Assembly: GCA_033549025.1 (NCBI GenBank)
Contig: JAWSUS010000001.1
Coordinates: 267,685-331,684, forward strand
Reading direction: 5' to 3'
DNA length: 64,000 bases
Source of the DNA: Desulfuromonadales bacterium
Lineage (GTDB): Bacteria > Desulfobacterota > Desulfuromonadia > Desulfuromonadales > SZUA-540
The translations under genes and the position numbers were made by a program. Below the pieces are notes generated by a model. The model searched no databases and had not been told where the DNA came from. It worked only from the letters and a program-made list of their open reading frames with translations. The first letter of the stretch is position 1; each line of letters begins with the position of its first letter. Below are positions 31,532 through 41,103 of the stretch, piece after piece.

Positions 31532-32409
31532 AAAATCTCACCGTCGGACTGGTTCAGCAGTCCTGCAGCGCCGACCGCGAGGCCAATGTGCGCGCCAGCA
31601 TGGAGGGGATCCGCCGCGCCGCCGGAAAAGGGGCCCAGCTCGTCGTGCTGCAGGAGTTGCACACGGGACCGTACTTCTGCCAGAGCGAGGACACCGCCTG
31701 CTTCGACCAGGCCGAGACCATCCCGGGGCCGTCGACGGAAGAATTCGGCGCCCTGGCCAAAGAACTGGGCATCGTGCTGGTCACCTCGCTCTTTGAAAAA
31801 CGGGCGCCGGGACTCTATCACAACACGGCGGTGGTACTGGAGAAGGACGGTTCCATTGCTGGCATCTACCGCAAAATGCACATTCCCGACGACCCCGGCT
31901 ATTACGAAAAGTTCTACTTTACCCCCGGCGACCTGGGTTTTACTCCCATCGACACCTCCGTCGGCCGCCTGGGCGTGCTTGTCTGCTGGGATCAGTGGTA
32001 TCCGGAAGCCGCCCGCCTCATGGCCATGGCCGGCGCCGACCTACTAATCTACCCCACGGCCATCGGCTGGGATCCCCGTGACGATCGGGAGGAACAAGAG
32101 CGGCAACTGCAGGCCTGGATCACCATTCAGCGCAGCCACGCCGTGGCCAACGGCATTTTCGTCATCAGCGTCAACCGCGTCGGCTTCGAGGCGGCGCCGG
32201 AAAACGAGGGCGCCGGGGCCCAATTCTGGGGACACAGCTTTGTGGCCGGCTGCCAGGGGGAAATCGTCGTACAGGCGGGGGAGCAGGAAGAGGTTCTGCT
32301 GGTTGACATCGACGGGGAACGCAGCGAAGCGGTGCGACGCATCTGGCCTTTCCTGCGAGATCGGCGCATTGAGGCTTACGGTGATCTGACCCGGCGCTAC
32401 CGGGACTAA
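31528..32409 (+). CDS. aguB: N-carbamoylputrescine amidase (carbon-nitrogen hydrolase)
   Basis: QELH, YRKMHIPDDPGYYEKFYF, VCWDQWYPE; ATGA overlap with aguA. Confidence 0.88.
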   Translation: MKNLTVGLVQQSCSADREANVRASMEGIRRAAGKGAQLVVLQELHTGPYFCQSEDTACFDQAETIPGPSTEEFGALAKELGIVLVTSLFEKRAPGLYHNTAVVLEKDGSIAGIYRKMHIPDDPGYYEKFYFTPGDLGFTPIDTSVGRLGVLVCWDQWYPEAARLMAMAGADLLIYPTAIGWDPRDDREEQERQLQAWITIQRSHAVANGIFVISVNRVGFEAAPENEGAGAQFWGHSFVAGCQGEIVVQAGEQEEVLLVDIDGERSEAVRRIWPFLRDRRIEAYGDLTRRYRD

Positions 32410-32439
32410 AACGCCCACGCCGCCAGCCTTTGCAGGCGG

Positions 32440-33405
32440 TCAATAGCGGAAGACGATCCCCAGGTTCAGGGAAAGAGTCGTCCAGGACACCTCGTTGAGC
32501 CGGGTGGAGGCCAGGCTGCCGTCGGCGAGATAGATGCGGTCCGTGCCATCTTCAGCCTGCCAGTCGCCGTACGCCATGGCCAGTTCTATGGCCCAACGCG
32601 AATTCAGGGCGTATTGCCCCGTCACCTCGCCTACCAGACCGTATCCTGTCGCTTCCTGAACAAAGCTCTGGGGATGCTGCATGTCGCTGCGCAGATTCCA
32701 GTTCGCCTCGGCCCGAAAATCGACCAGATGGAATTCCAGGCGCCCGGCGAGGAAAAAGCGCTCTGCCGGAGAGAAAGTCATCTCGACGCCCGTCCAGGGC
32801 CCGGACCACTGGGTCTCATAGGTGCTGTCCAACCCGGGAAAAGCCCCGAGGGCGGGAACTGTCACCTCCCCCACCCCGAAAAACTGATCGGCCAGTTCCT
32901 GGTCGGAAAGAACCTGCACTCCGTCGCGCAGCGTCAGATTTTGCTCATGGTAGGAATAGCCGAGCAAGGGCGTGATGCTGGCACGCCCGTGGGCCAAGGG
33001 AAACTGCAGGCCGCCGGCCAACGACAAGTCAAGCACCTCGCCCTGATCCGCGGCATTGGTAGAACGGGACCACTCGTCGCTGCGGTTTGGGCCGGCATAA
33101 TCGGAATCGCGATTTTCCCCGTCGACAATCCAGCCGTAAGCGGCGCTGCCCCGCACCGCCACATCAAAGGCGCTTCCCGGCCATTCCCAGAGGTAGCGGC
33201 TACCTCCCTGTACCTGAAAGATCTCCAGGTTGTCCCAGCGCAGCTCAGAAAGGACATCCAGCCCCCCGCCGCCAATACTCCAACGCAGCTCATCCTGGCG
33301 AAAGCCGGAGCGCAGGTCGACCTCTGCCTCGTCGGACCAGACGGGGGTGGCGAGAACCAGGGCGAGAAACAGGACGCCAGAGGCAGAAAACAGTCTGAAC
33401 AGCAT
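32440..33405 (-). CDS. Outer-membrane beta-barrel, omptin-like
   Basis: Signal peptide, amphipathic strands, LSELRW, RDSDY, C-terminal aromatic IVFRY. Confidence 0.7.
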   Translation of the reverse strand: MLFRLFSASGVLFLALVLATPVWSDEAEVDLRSGFRQDELRWSIGGGGLDVLSELRWDNLEIFQVQGGSRYLWEWPGSAFDVAVRGSAAYGWIVDGENRDSDYAGPNRSDEWSRSTNAADQGEVLDLSLAGGLQFPLAHGRASITPLLGYSYHEQNLTLRDGVQVLSDQELADQFFGVGEVTVPALGAFPGLDSTYETQWSGPWTGVEMTFSPAERFFLAGRLEFHLVDFRAEANWNLRSDMQHPQSFVQEATGYGLVGEVTGQYALNSRWAIELAMAYGDWQAEDGTDRIYLADGSLASTRLNEVSWTTLSLNLGIVFRY

Positions 33406-33546
33406 CAGCGCAAAACCTTTCCGGCTGGGATGACTCTATTAATTGTCATGCAAAAGAGAATTGGGACAACGGGCGACTTTTCGTCGGAAACATTTGACAA
33501 CCTCCCCCCGGATATGTTTTTTCTAGGGCCGCAAAGGAGTTTTGAC

Positions 33547-34410
33547 ATGTCGCCTAAGAAATCACTGATTACCTATTCTCTCTTCTGGAACTGCGGCCTC
33601 ATCCTGATCGGGTCCTTCATTCAGGCCATCGGCTTCAAAGCCCTGGGTGAACCGCAGGGCTTTGTCCCCGGCGGGCTGTTCGGCGTTTCCACCCTGATTC
33701 AGTACAAGACCGGTTTTGCCAATACCGGCCTCATCTATCTGCTGCTCAACATCCCCATGTTTGTTCTAGGGTATATCTTTATCTCAAAGCGTTTTCTCGG
33801 CTACAGCTTTCTGTCCATGCTCACCCTGTCCCTGTCTTTCATGGTGATCGATTTTCAGATCAACCTGACCGACCAGCTCTACGCCGCTGTGACCTTCGGC
33901 GTCATCATCGGGGCGGGGGCCGGCATGGTCCTGCGTTCACTGGGTTCGAACGGCGGGCTCGACGTGGTGGGGATCATTCTCAACCAGCGATTCAACCTCG
34001 GTCTGGGCAAGTTCTATTTCTTCTTCAACTGCGCCCTTTTCACCCTCAGCTTCGCCGCTCTGGACAACGATCTGGTCATCGCCTCGATGATCGCCGTCTT
34101 CATCACCTCGGTGACCGTCGACTACTGTCTGTCTCTCTTCAACCAGCGCAAGCTGGCCCTGATCATTTCGGAAAAGCCCCAGGAGATCGCCGACCAGGTC
34201 ATGTCGCACATGAAGATCGGGGCGACCTTCCTGCCCGCCGTCGGCGCCTATCATCGTAAGGAAAAAACCGTGCTGATGGTGGTCATCAACAACATCCAGC
34301 TCAAGCGACTGGAGGAGATCGTCTTCACCAGCGATCCCTACTCCATGTTTATCGTGGAGAACACCTTCAACGTGCTCGGCTCGACCTTTTCCAAGCGCAA
34401 GATCTACTAG
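33547..34410 (+). CDS. YitT family membrane protein with C-terminal DUF2179
   Basis: GFVPGGLFG, LLNIPMF, GSNGGLD, GAT..GAY, DPYSMFIV; AAGGAG RBS before ATG 33547. Confidence 0.85.
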   Translation: MSPKKSLITYSLFWNCGLILIGSFIQAIGFKALGEPQGFVPGGLFGVSTLIQYKTGFANTGLIYLLLNIPMFVLGYIFISKRFLGYSFLSMLTLSLSFMVIDFQINLTDQLYAAVTFGVIIGAGAGMVLRSLGSNGGLDVVGIILNQRFNLGLGKFYFFFNCALFTLSFAALDNDLVIASMIAVFITSVTVDYCLSLFNQRKLALIISEKPQEIADQVMSHMKIGATFLPAVGAYHRKEKTVLMVVINNIQLKRLEEIVFTSDPYSMFIVENTFNVLGSTFSKRKIY

Positions 34411-34412
34411 GA

Positions 34413-35852
34413 TCAGCGCAGCAGGTCGACGCGAAAGCGCAGGCGAAGATGTTCCAGAAATTTTTTGACTTCCTCCAGGGCCAGGCGAAACCGTCCGCGC
34501 TCCATGCGGTTGAGATCCTCCAGAGAGATATGGTTGGTCGGGGTCTCCCCCCGGGCGATCGCCGCGACCTGCCCACGGAGCCGTTGGAAGACAAGGTAAT
34601 TGAAGCTGGCCTCGAGATCGCCTGCCATTCTGGGCTCGAGCACGCCGGCGTCGACCAGGCCCTTGATGCGATCGCGCGTGCCGCCATCAAGTATCCCGGC
34701 TTGCAGGGAAAGAATTTTCACCCCCTCGGTGATGGCAAAAATTCCAGCTTTTTTTACATCCACCAGCCCTTGATGGGGCCCTTTCGTCTCTGTCTTAATC
34801 TGCCCGAACCATCCCAGCGGGGGCCGGAACCCCTGCACGTTCAGCGCGGCCCGTGCCAGGAAGACTTCATTTTTGCGGATATTGCCAAAGATGTGCTCCT
34901 TTAGAGCCTTCTCCAAAGAGGCATCACCGTAGAGGGTGCGCAGGTCGAAAAACATGCTCCCCTTGAGTATGTTTTCCGAGCTGATGTTGCCCAGCCAGCT
35001 GTCGAGTTCCTGCCGCCAGCCCCGCAGGCTTCGCCGCCAGGGGGGATTCTTGGCCATGATCCCGCCGGGACAGGGCGGCACCCCGGTCTCGATAAGAGCG
35101 TCGATCAGAACCTTTGAGAACTCCTCAAGTTGCCGCACCTGGTCACCAGACAGATGATCGGCGTAGACGATGGCGTTGTCCTGGTCGGTGGTCAGGGTCT
35201 GTTCGTGCCGCCCTTCGCTACCGAGGACGATGAAGGCAAATTCCGAGGGAAGATCGGCAAATCGATCCCGGCGCAGCAAGGCGATGAGGCGCAGCAACAG
35301 CTGATCGTTGAGATGGGCGATAAGTCGCACCAGATCCGGGGTTTTTACGCCGGTGCCGGTAAGATGAACGACCAGTTCATTGATGCGGGCCCGCAAACGA
35401 CGTAGATCCTCAAGGTTCTCGGCCCCCTCGATGTCGCGGACCATTTTATGGGGAGAACGCGTCTGCAGTCGCAGGATGTCCGAGTCGGTGAGAATGCCGA
35501 CCAGGCGGCCGCCGGCATCCACCACCCCCAACCGATGGATGCCGTGGCGGGACATGCGGTAGAGCGCCTCAAAGACCAGCTCATCCTCGCCGATCACGAT
35601 CAACGGGCTGCTCATGATCTCGGCCACCGAGAACGCGTTCGGATCCACACCGCGCGAGACGACCTTGTTGCGCAGGTCCCGGTCCGTCACGATCCCTACG
35701 GGCGCCTCGTCGACCGTCACCACAATGCTCGAGATGTTCTTCTTCCTCATGACGCCAACGGCGTTCACCAGCGCTTCATCGGGCGGACAGGACACCACTT
35801 CGCGTTGGCAAAAAGCCGCGATGGGCAGGAAGAAAACATTGGCCTCAGGCAT
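34413..35852 (-). CDS. CBS-pair / DUF294 putative nucleotidyltransferase
   Basis: Two CBS domains (GIVTDRDLR, GILTDSDIL), LGSEGRHEQTLTTDQDNA, CPGGIMAKNPPW, FFDLR, DVKKAG. Confidence 0.88.
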   Translation of the reverse strand: MPEANVFFLPIAAFCQREVVSCPPDEALVNAVGVMRKKNISSIVVTVDEAPVGIVTDRDLRNKVVSRGVDPNAFSVAEIMSSPLIVIGEDELVFEALYRMSRHGIHRLGVVDAGGRLVGILTDSDILRLQTRSPHKMVRDIEGAENLEDLRRLRARINELVVHLTGTGVKTPDLVRLIAHLNDQLLLRLIALLRRDRFADLPSEFAFIVLGSEGRHEQTLTTDQDNAIVYADHLSGDQVRQLEEFSKVLIDALIETGVPPCPGGIMAKNPPWRRSLRGWRQELDSWLGNISSENILKGSMFFDLRTLYGDASLEKALKEHIFGNIRKNEVFLARAALNVQGFRPPLGWFGQIKTETKGPHQGLVDVKKAGIFAITEGVKILSLQAGILDGGTRDRIKGLVDAGVLEPRMAGDLEASFNYLVFQRLRGQVAAIARGETPTNHISLEDLNRMERGRFRLALEEVKKFLEHLRLRFRVDLLR

Positions 35853-35891
35853 AGGGAGTCCTCTTCAGAGACAGGTTGGGGGCGGCGACTG

Positions 35892-36404
35892 TCAATCGAT
35901 CACAGTCACCTGCTGAATGACGATCGGCTCTTTGGGGACATCGTCAAAGCCTGCCACTTTGGTCGTCGTCTGCTGTTCGATGGTATAGACCACATCCATG
36001 CCATCGACCACCTTGCCAAAGACGGCATAGCCGAAGTTGTCGGGGTCGGTGCCGGTGTTGTCGAGAAATTTGTTATCTTCGGTGTTGATGAAAAACTGGG
36101 CGGTGGCGCTGTTTACCTCCTGGGTGCGCGCCATGGCGATGGTGCCGGTTTTATTCTTGAGCTTGTTCTGCGCTTCGTTCACAATCGGCTCACGGGTCGG
36201 TTTTTCCTGCATGTCAGGCGTCAGCCCCCCGCCCTGGACCATGAAATTTTTGATGACGCGATGAAAAATCGTGCCGTCGTAATGACCTGCCCGCGCATAG
36301 GCGATGAAGTTTTCGACGGTAATGGGGGCTTTTTCGACATCCAGTTCGAGGACGATTTCGCCAAGGGATGTTTCCATCTGAACAAGGGGATTGGACTGGC
36401 TCAC
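35892..36404 (-). CDS. ppiB: Cyclophilin-type peptidyl-prolyl isomerase
   Basis: APITVENF, FHRVIKNFMVQGGG, AMART, SATAQFFIN, YAVFGKV. Confidence 0.93.
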   Translation of the reverse strand: MSQSNPLVQMETSLGEIVLELDVEKAPITVENFIAYARAGHYDGTIFHRVIKNFMVQGGGLTPDMQEKPTREPIVNEAQNKLKNKTGTIAMARTQEVNSATAQFFINTEDNKFLDNTGTDPDNFGYAVFGKVVDGMDVVYTIEQQTTTKVAGFDDVPKEPIVIQQVTVID

Positions 36405-36501
36405 GGGATAGCTCCTTCGGTTTTAGTGGTGTGCGTATCGGGAAAGTATAGGTAAAGCATGGCGCCGAGGCAAGCGGATAGAGGTAAACCATGGGGGAAT
36501 C

Positions 36502-37326
36502 TTGACTTCGGGTAGCTGTTTTCGGGTCACAGGATGGGCGGCAAGAGGAGTTTCGCTAATCATCTGGGGCATTCTGGCCGGTTGCATGCCGGACCCGGCG
36601 GGGGCGCCGCCAAGCCTTGCCCCTTCGGCAGCGGGTGATCCTATCGCCGGCGTGCTGGACGGACTCCCCTCTGCCGCCCTGGGAACCATGGGCTACAGCA
36701 TCCAGGTCGGTGCCTTTGCCAGTCTGGATAATGCCGTTCGCTTGGAAGCAGCCCTGACCGCCCAGGGGATTGACGCTTACTACTTCCGCGACGAATCGGG
36801 CTTATACAAGGTCCGGTTTGGCAATCACGACCACTATGCCGATGCCCGCCGCGAAGCCGAGCGCCTGCAAAACCTCACCATCATCAAGGATTTCTTCATC
36901 GTCATACCGGAGGACTATGCCCACAGCCGCATCCAGCGCAGCGGCCAGGGCGACTTAGGGACCGAACTGGTTAAAACGGCCCGCCGTTTTATCGGCGTCC
37001 CCTATCGGTGGGGTGGTGAGGATCGGCACAATGGCTTCGATTGCAGCGGTCTGACCATGGTCTGTTATCGTCTGAACGGCCTCAACCTGCCTCGCAACTC
37101 ACGCAGCCAATTTCAGGCGGGGGCACCCGTTCAGCGGCACGCGCTCGCCCAAGGTGACCTGGTCTTTTTCGCCACCCAGGGAGGCACGCGGGTCACCCAT
37201 GTAGGGCTCTACATCGGCAATGGAAAGTTCATCCACGCTCCGCGCACCGGCAAGACCGTTCGCATTGAGAACCTTTCCAACGGATTCTTTACCCGCACCT
37301 ACATGGGAGGACGCCGTTACTTCTAA
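36502..37326 (+). CDS. SPOR + NlpC/P60 peptidoglycan endopeptidase lipoprotein
   Basis: Lipobox LAGC, SPOR (YSIQVGAF...YKVRFG), GVPYRWGG, FDCSGL, HVGLY, FIHA; start uncertain. Confidence 0.87.
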   Translation: MTSGSCFRVTGWAARGVSLIIWGILAGCMPDPAGAPPSLAPSAAGDPIAGVLDGLPSAALGTMGYSIQVGAFASLDNAVRLEAALTAQGIDAYYFRDESGLYKVRFGNHDHYADARREAERLQNLTIIKDFFIVIPEDYAHSRIQRSGQGDLGTELVKTARRFIGVPYRWGGEDRHNGFDCSGLTMVCYRLNGLNLPRNSRSQFQAGAPVQRHALAQGDLVFFATQGGTRVTHVGLYIGNGKFIHAPRTGKTVRIENLSNGFFTRTYMGGRRYF

Positions 37327-37357
37327 GATTCAGCTCCTGCCTCTTCAGTGCCCCAAT

Positions 37358-37397
37358 AACAAAGCCCCTGCCGAGAGTTCCCGGCAGGGGCTTTGTT
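37358..37397. terminator. Bidirectional terminator between NlpC/P60 and acnB
   Basis: Perfect 16-bp inverted repeat AACAAAGCCCCTGCCG / CGGCAGGGGCTTTGTT between convergent genes. Confidence 0.85.
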
Positions 37398-37421
37398 GTG
37401 TTCGAAAAGAGTCCGGCAGCC

Positions 37422-39956
37422 TTACTTGCCGTATCCTTCCATTTCGTCGAATTGCAGATATTTGTAGACCTGATCGGCCTTGGGCGCGACCTTCTCCTGG
37501 TAAACGGCCAGATACTCAGCCGGTGTGGGGAGTTTGCCCAGGTTGGTGATCACGGCACCGAGTTCGGCGCTGCCGAGGTACACCTTGGCGCCGTTACCGA
37601 TACGATCATCGAAGTTACGGGTCGAGGTGGAGAACATGTTCACCCCGTCGGGTACCCGGGCCTGGTTGCCCATGCACAGGGAGCAGCCGGCGATCTCGAT
37701 GCGGGCGCCAATGGCACTGTAAATCGAGAAGAGGGCCTCGTCCTTGAGCTGCTGCTGATCCATACGGGTCGGCGGGCAGATCCAGGTACGAACGGCCGGG
37801 TTGAACTTCTGGCCGCGCCAGATTTCGGCGGCGGCGCGGAAATGACCGATATTGGTCATGCAGGAACCGAGGAAGACGTCCTGGATGGGCGTGCCGGCCA
37901 CTTCGGAAAGCAGCTTGACATCATCGGGATCGTTGGGGCAGGCCAGAATCGGCTCGGTGATCTCGGCCAGGTCGATCTCGATGACAGCAGCGTACTCGGC
38001 ATTGGCGTCAGCCTTGAGCAGCTTGGGATTCTTCAGCCACTCGTTGACGGCGTCGATGCGATTCTGCAGGGTCTGCGGATCCTGGTAGCCCTCTTCGATC
38101 ATCTTCTTCATCAGGGCCACGTTGGAGCGCAGGTAAGCGCAGACCGAGTCTTCGGAGAGCTGGATGCAGCCGGCAGCAGCGGAGCGCTCGGCGGCGGCGT
38201 CGGTGAGCTCGAAAGCCTGCTCAACGGAGAGCTCGGGCAGCCCTTCCATTTCGAGGATGCGGCCGTTGAAGATATTTTTCTTGTTCTTTTTGGGCACGGT
38301 CAGCAGGCCCTGTTTGATGGCCCAGTAAGGAATGGCATTGACCGCGTCACGCAAAGTGATGCCGGGATTGAACTTGCCCTTGAAGCGGACCAGCACCGAC
38401 TCGGGCATGTCCAGGGGCATGAAGCCCATGGCGCCGGCAAAAGCCACCAGACCGGAGCCAGCGGGGAAGCTGATGCCGATAGGGAAGCGGGTATGAGAGT
38501 CGCCGCCGGTGCCGACGGTGTCGGGCAGCAGCAGACGATTCAGCCAGCTGTGAATGACACCGTCACCGGGACGCAGGGCGACCCCGGCACGCTCGGCAAT
38601 GAACTGGGGCAGCGTCTTGTGCATCTTCACGTCCGCCGGCTTGGGATAAGCGGCGGTGTGGCAGAAGGACTGCATGAACATGGGGGACTGGAACCTGAGG
38701 CAGGCCAGTTCCTTGAGCTCGTCAGCGGTCATGGGACCGGTAGTGTCCTGGGAACCGACCGTGGTCATCTTCGGCTCGCAGGCGGTGCCGGGCAGAATTC
38801 CGTCAACGCCGCAGGCCTTACCGACCATCTTCTGAGCCAGCGAGTAGCCCTGGCCAGCCTTGGGCTCAGGATTCACCGGCTGAGTGAAAATGTCGGCTTC
38901 AGGCATGCCGAGGGCGGCGCGGGCCTTAGCGGTCAGGGCGCGACCGATGATCAGGGGAATGCGGCCACCGGCGCGGAACTCATCGGGCACCGTATTGGGC
39001 GTAATCTCAAAGGTCGTGATGACCTTGCCAGCCTCATCAGTCACTTCACCCTTCTTGGTGTTGATGACGATGACGTCCCCGGTGTTCATCTCCGTCACGT
39101 CCATCTTCAGCGGCAGGGCGCCGGAATCCTGAGCCGTGTTGAAGAAGATCGGCGCAATAACGCTGCCGATGATCACACCGCCGGTCTTCTTGTTGGGCAC
39201 GGCGGGAATTTCGTTACCGATATGCCAAAGGACGCTGTTGCAGGCCGATTTACGGGAAGAACCGGTACCGACCACGTCGCCGACGAAAGCCACCTGGAAG
39301 CCTTCTTCACGGAACTTGGCGATAGTCTCCAGGCCGCCGGGAAAACGGGTTTTACCCATAGCCAGAGCATGGAGAGGAATGTCCGGACGGCTCCAGGCGT
39401 CGCCAGCCGGAGAGAAGTCATCGGTGTTGATCTCGCCGTCCACCTTGAAGACTTTAACCTTGATGGTCTCGGGCATGGCCGGTTTGTTGGTGAACCACTC
39501 GGCCTTGGCCCAGGATTCCACGACCTTCTTGGCGGCGGCATTGGACTTGGCCAGGGCTGCGACCTCGTCAAAGGCATCGTACACCAGGGTGATGCCAGAC
39601 AGGGCCTTGGCCGCTTCGTCGGCCAGTTCGGCCTCTTTGAGCGCATCGACCAGGGGCTTGACGTTATAGCCTCCCATCATGGTGCCGAGAATACGAACGG
39701 CCTCTTTGTTATCGAACAGAGGAGTCTTGGCCTGCCCTTTCAGAACTTTTGCCAAAAAGTCGGCCTTGACTTCAGCTGCGGGATCCACGCCGGGAGAAAC
39801 CCGCTCGGTGAAGAGGTGCTTGAGAAAATCCTCTTTACCAGCCGGTGGGTTTTGCAGCAACTCGCACAGTTGTTGAGTCTGCTCGGGATTCAGGGGAAGC
39901 GCGGGGATGCCCTGGGCATTCCGCTCGGCTTCGTGCTTCAGATAAGCGTCGATCAT
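37422..39956 (-). CDS. acnB: Aconitate hydratase B
   Basis: [51 protein letters not shown]. Confidence 0.96.
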   Translation of the reverse strand: MIDAYLKHEAERNAQGIPALPLNPEQTQQLCELLQNPPAGKEDFLKHLFTERVSPGVDPAAEVKADFLAKVLKGQAKTPLFDNKEAVRILGTMMGGYNVKPLVDALKEAELADEAAKALSGITLVYDAFDEVAALAKSNAAAKKVVESWAKAEWFTNKPAMPETIKVKVFKVDGEINTDDFSPAGDAWSRPDIPLHALAMGKTRFPGGLETIAKFREEGFQVAFVGDVVGTGSSRKSACNSVLWHIGNEIPAVPNKKTGGVIIGSVIAPIFFNTAQDSGALPLKMDVTEMNTGDVIVINTKKGEVTDEAGKVITTFEITPNTVPDEFRAGGRIPLIIGRALTAKARAALGMPEADIFTQPVNPEPKAGQGYSLAQKMVGKACGVDGILPGTACEPKMTTVGSQDTTGPMTADELKELACLRFQSPMFMQSFCHTAAYPKPADVKMHKTLPQFIAERAGVALRPGDGVIHSWLNRLLLPDTVGTGGDSHTRFPIGISFPAGSGLVAFAGAMGFMPLDMPESVLVRFKGKFNPGITLRDAVNAIPYWAIKQGLLTVPKKNKKNIFNGRILEMEGLPELSVEQAFELTDAAAERSAAAGCIQLSEDSVCAYLRSNVALMKKMIEEGYQDPQTLQNRIDAVNEWLKNPKLLKADANAEYAAVIEIDLAEITEPILACPNDPDDVKLLSEVAGTPIQDVFLGSCMTNIGHFRAAAEIWRGQKFNPAVRTWICPPTRMDQQQLKDEALFSIYSAIGARIEIAGCSLCMGNQARVPDGVNMFSTSTRNFDDRIGNGAKVYLGSAELGAVITNLGKLPTPAEYLAVYQEKVAPKADQVYKYLQFDEMEGYGK

Positions 39957-40079
39957 CTCTCTCCTCCTCGAATTATTGCGGCCTGTTAGTGCCCATTGGC
40001 AAAGCCGCTATTCACACCGTGTCCCGGCAACGAAGCTGCAAAATCCGACTTCGTCCAGGCGCGTTTTCCATACTGAAAC

Positions 40080-40114
40080 TTGCATACTGTATACGATTTA
40101 CAAAGGCCTTGTCA
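40080..40114 (-). promoter_or_regulatory. acnB sigma-70 promoter overlapped by a GTATACAGTATGCAA operator-like motif
   Basis: Minus strand TTGACA-N18-TACAGT; the motif at 40080-40094 is identical to the one upstream of icd. Confidence 0.72.
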
Positions 40115-40267
40115 ACGATCAACTCCGACACAAACCGTGGTTTAACCTAAGACGTCTGCCTGACCTCCCCCACTTTCTTCTGCCCTTTCCGCCACCATCA
40201 TGGCCGACCTGGCTACGACACATTCTGTCACACAAGGTCGTTAGGCTTTGCCGTAAAGGAGGCCGCC

Positions 40268-40453
40268 ATGTTTGAATTTCTCATGCTTATCGGTTTTTTT
40301 TCAGCAATTCTAAGTTCGCTCACCCGCCATGCACCTAAAAAGGATTTCTTTTCCCCAAAATCTGGGCACCAGAAAAGGCAACGGGCTCATCCCCCAAAAC
40401 GGGCCAAGATGACCAGTCCAGGCAACGCACGAAACATGGTCAGGCCAGCTTAG
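40268..40453 (+). CDS. Small hypothetical protein (hydrophobic N-terminus, basic tail)
   Basis: Strong RBS AAAGGAGG, 61 codons in an otherwise empty gap, followed by a hairpin. Confidence 0.5.
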   Translation: MFEFLMLIGFFSAILSSLTRHAPKKDFFSPKSGHQKRQRAHPPKRAKMTSPGNARNMVRPA

Positions 40454-40469
40454 AAAACAGAGTCGACTC

Positions 40470-40509
40470 AAAAAAAAACGCCCGGAGGCAAAAAGCTCCC
40501 GGGCGTTTT
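40470..40509. terminator. Terminator downstream of the kor operon (likely bidirectional)
   Basis: A9-CGCCCGG...CCGGGCG-TTTT. Confidence 0.82.
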
Positions 40510-40527
40510 CAGTGGAACGATCAAAAG

Positions 40528-41076
40528 TTACTTCATGAGCTCTTTGACTTTTTCATAGCCGAGAGCATAGGCCTTCTTGTTGAGGTCGAGGAAGGCTTCA
40601 GGCACACGGGCCAGAACGGCTTTTTCGCCAGCCTCACGAGAGACAGCGCCCGTCAGGGCGATCATGGCGCCGAGGGCAACCACGTTGGCGACGATTTCAC
40701 GGCCAAGATCCTCTTTGGCGGTGCGAGTAATGGGGAATTTGTAAATCTTGAAATCCCCTTGGGGCTCGTTCTTGACAAAGTCCGAATCGAGCAAGAGCAC
40801 TCCACCAGGCTTGATGCCATTAGCGTACTTGTCGGCAGACTCCTGCGTCATGGCCAGGCAGGCATCGACGATGGTCGCCTTGGGGTAGTCAATAGGTCCG
40901 TCAGAGATAATAACCTCGGACTTGGAAGCGCCACCGCGGGCTTCTGGACCGTAGCTCTGGGACTGAACGGCGTGCTTGCCTTCGATGATGGAGGCCGCTT
41001 CAGCCAGAATGATACCGGCGGTGATCAGCCCCTGACCACCGGCGCCGGAAAATCGAATTTCAAATCTTTCAGACAT
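40528..41076 (-). CDS. korG: 2-oxoglutarate:ferredoxin oxidoreductase gamma subunit
   Basis: GAGGQG, SYGPEARGGAS. Confidence 0.9.
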   Translation of the reverse strand: MSERFEIRFSGAGGQGLITAGIILAEAASIIEGKHAVQSQSYGPEARGGASKSEVIISDGPIDYPKATIVDACLAMTQESADKYANGIKPGGVLLLDSDFVKNEPQGDFKIYKFPITRTAKEDLGREIVANVVALGAMIALTGAVSREAGEKAVLARVPEAFLDLNKKAYALGYEKVKELMK

Positions 41077-41103
41077 CGATCCTTCTCCTTATTCGCTGGA
41101 TAA

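Noticed and set aside
32614..33546. N-terminal extension making a 598-aa YitT ORF
   Set aside because: Overlaps the minus-strand barrel gene; the RBS supports a start at 33547
36440..36520. GGTAAACC as a possible GEMM-I (c-di-GMP/cGAMP) riboswitch start
   Set aside because: No GNRA-capped P2 or GCAAAGC/GGAAAGC junction follows; no riboswitch recognised in any intergenic region
37398..39989. 863-aa plus-strand ORF
   Set aside because: Mirror frame of acnB; a typical stop-free antisense frame of a highly biased gene
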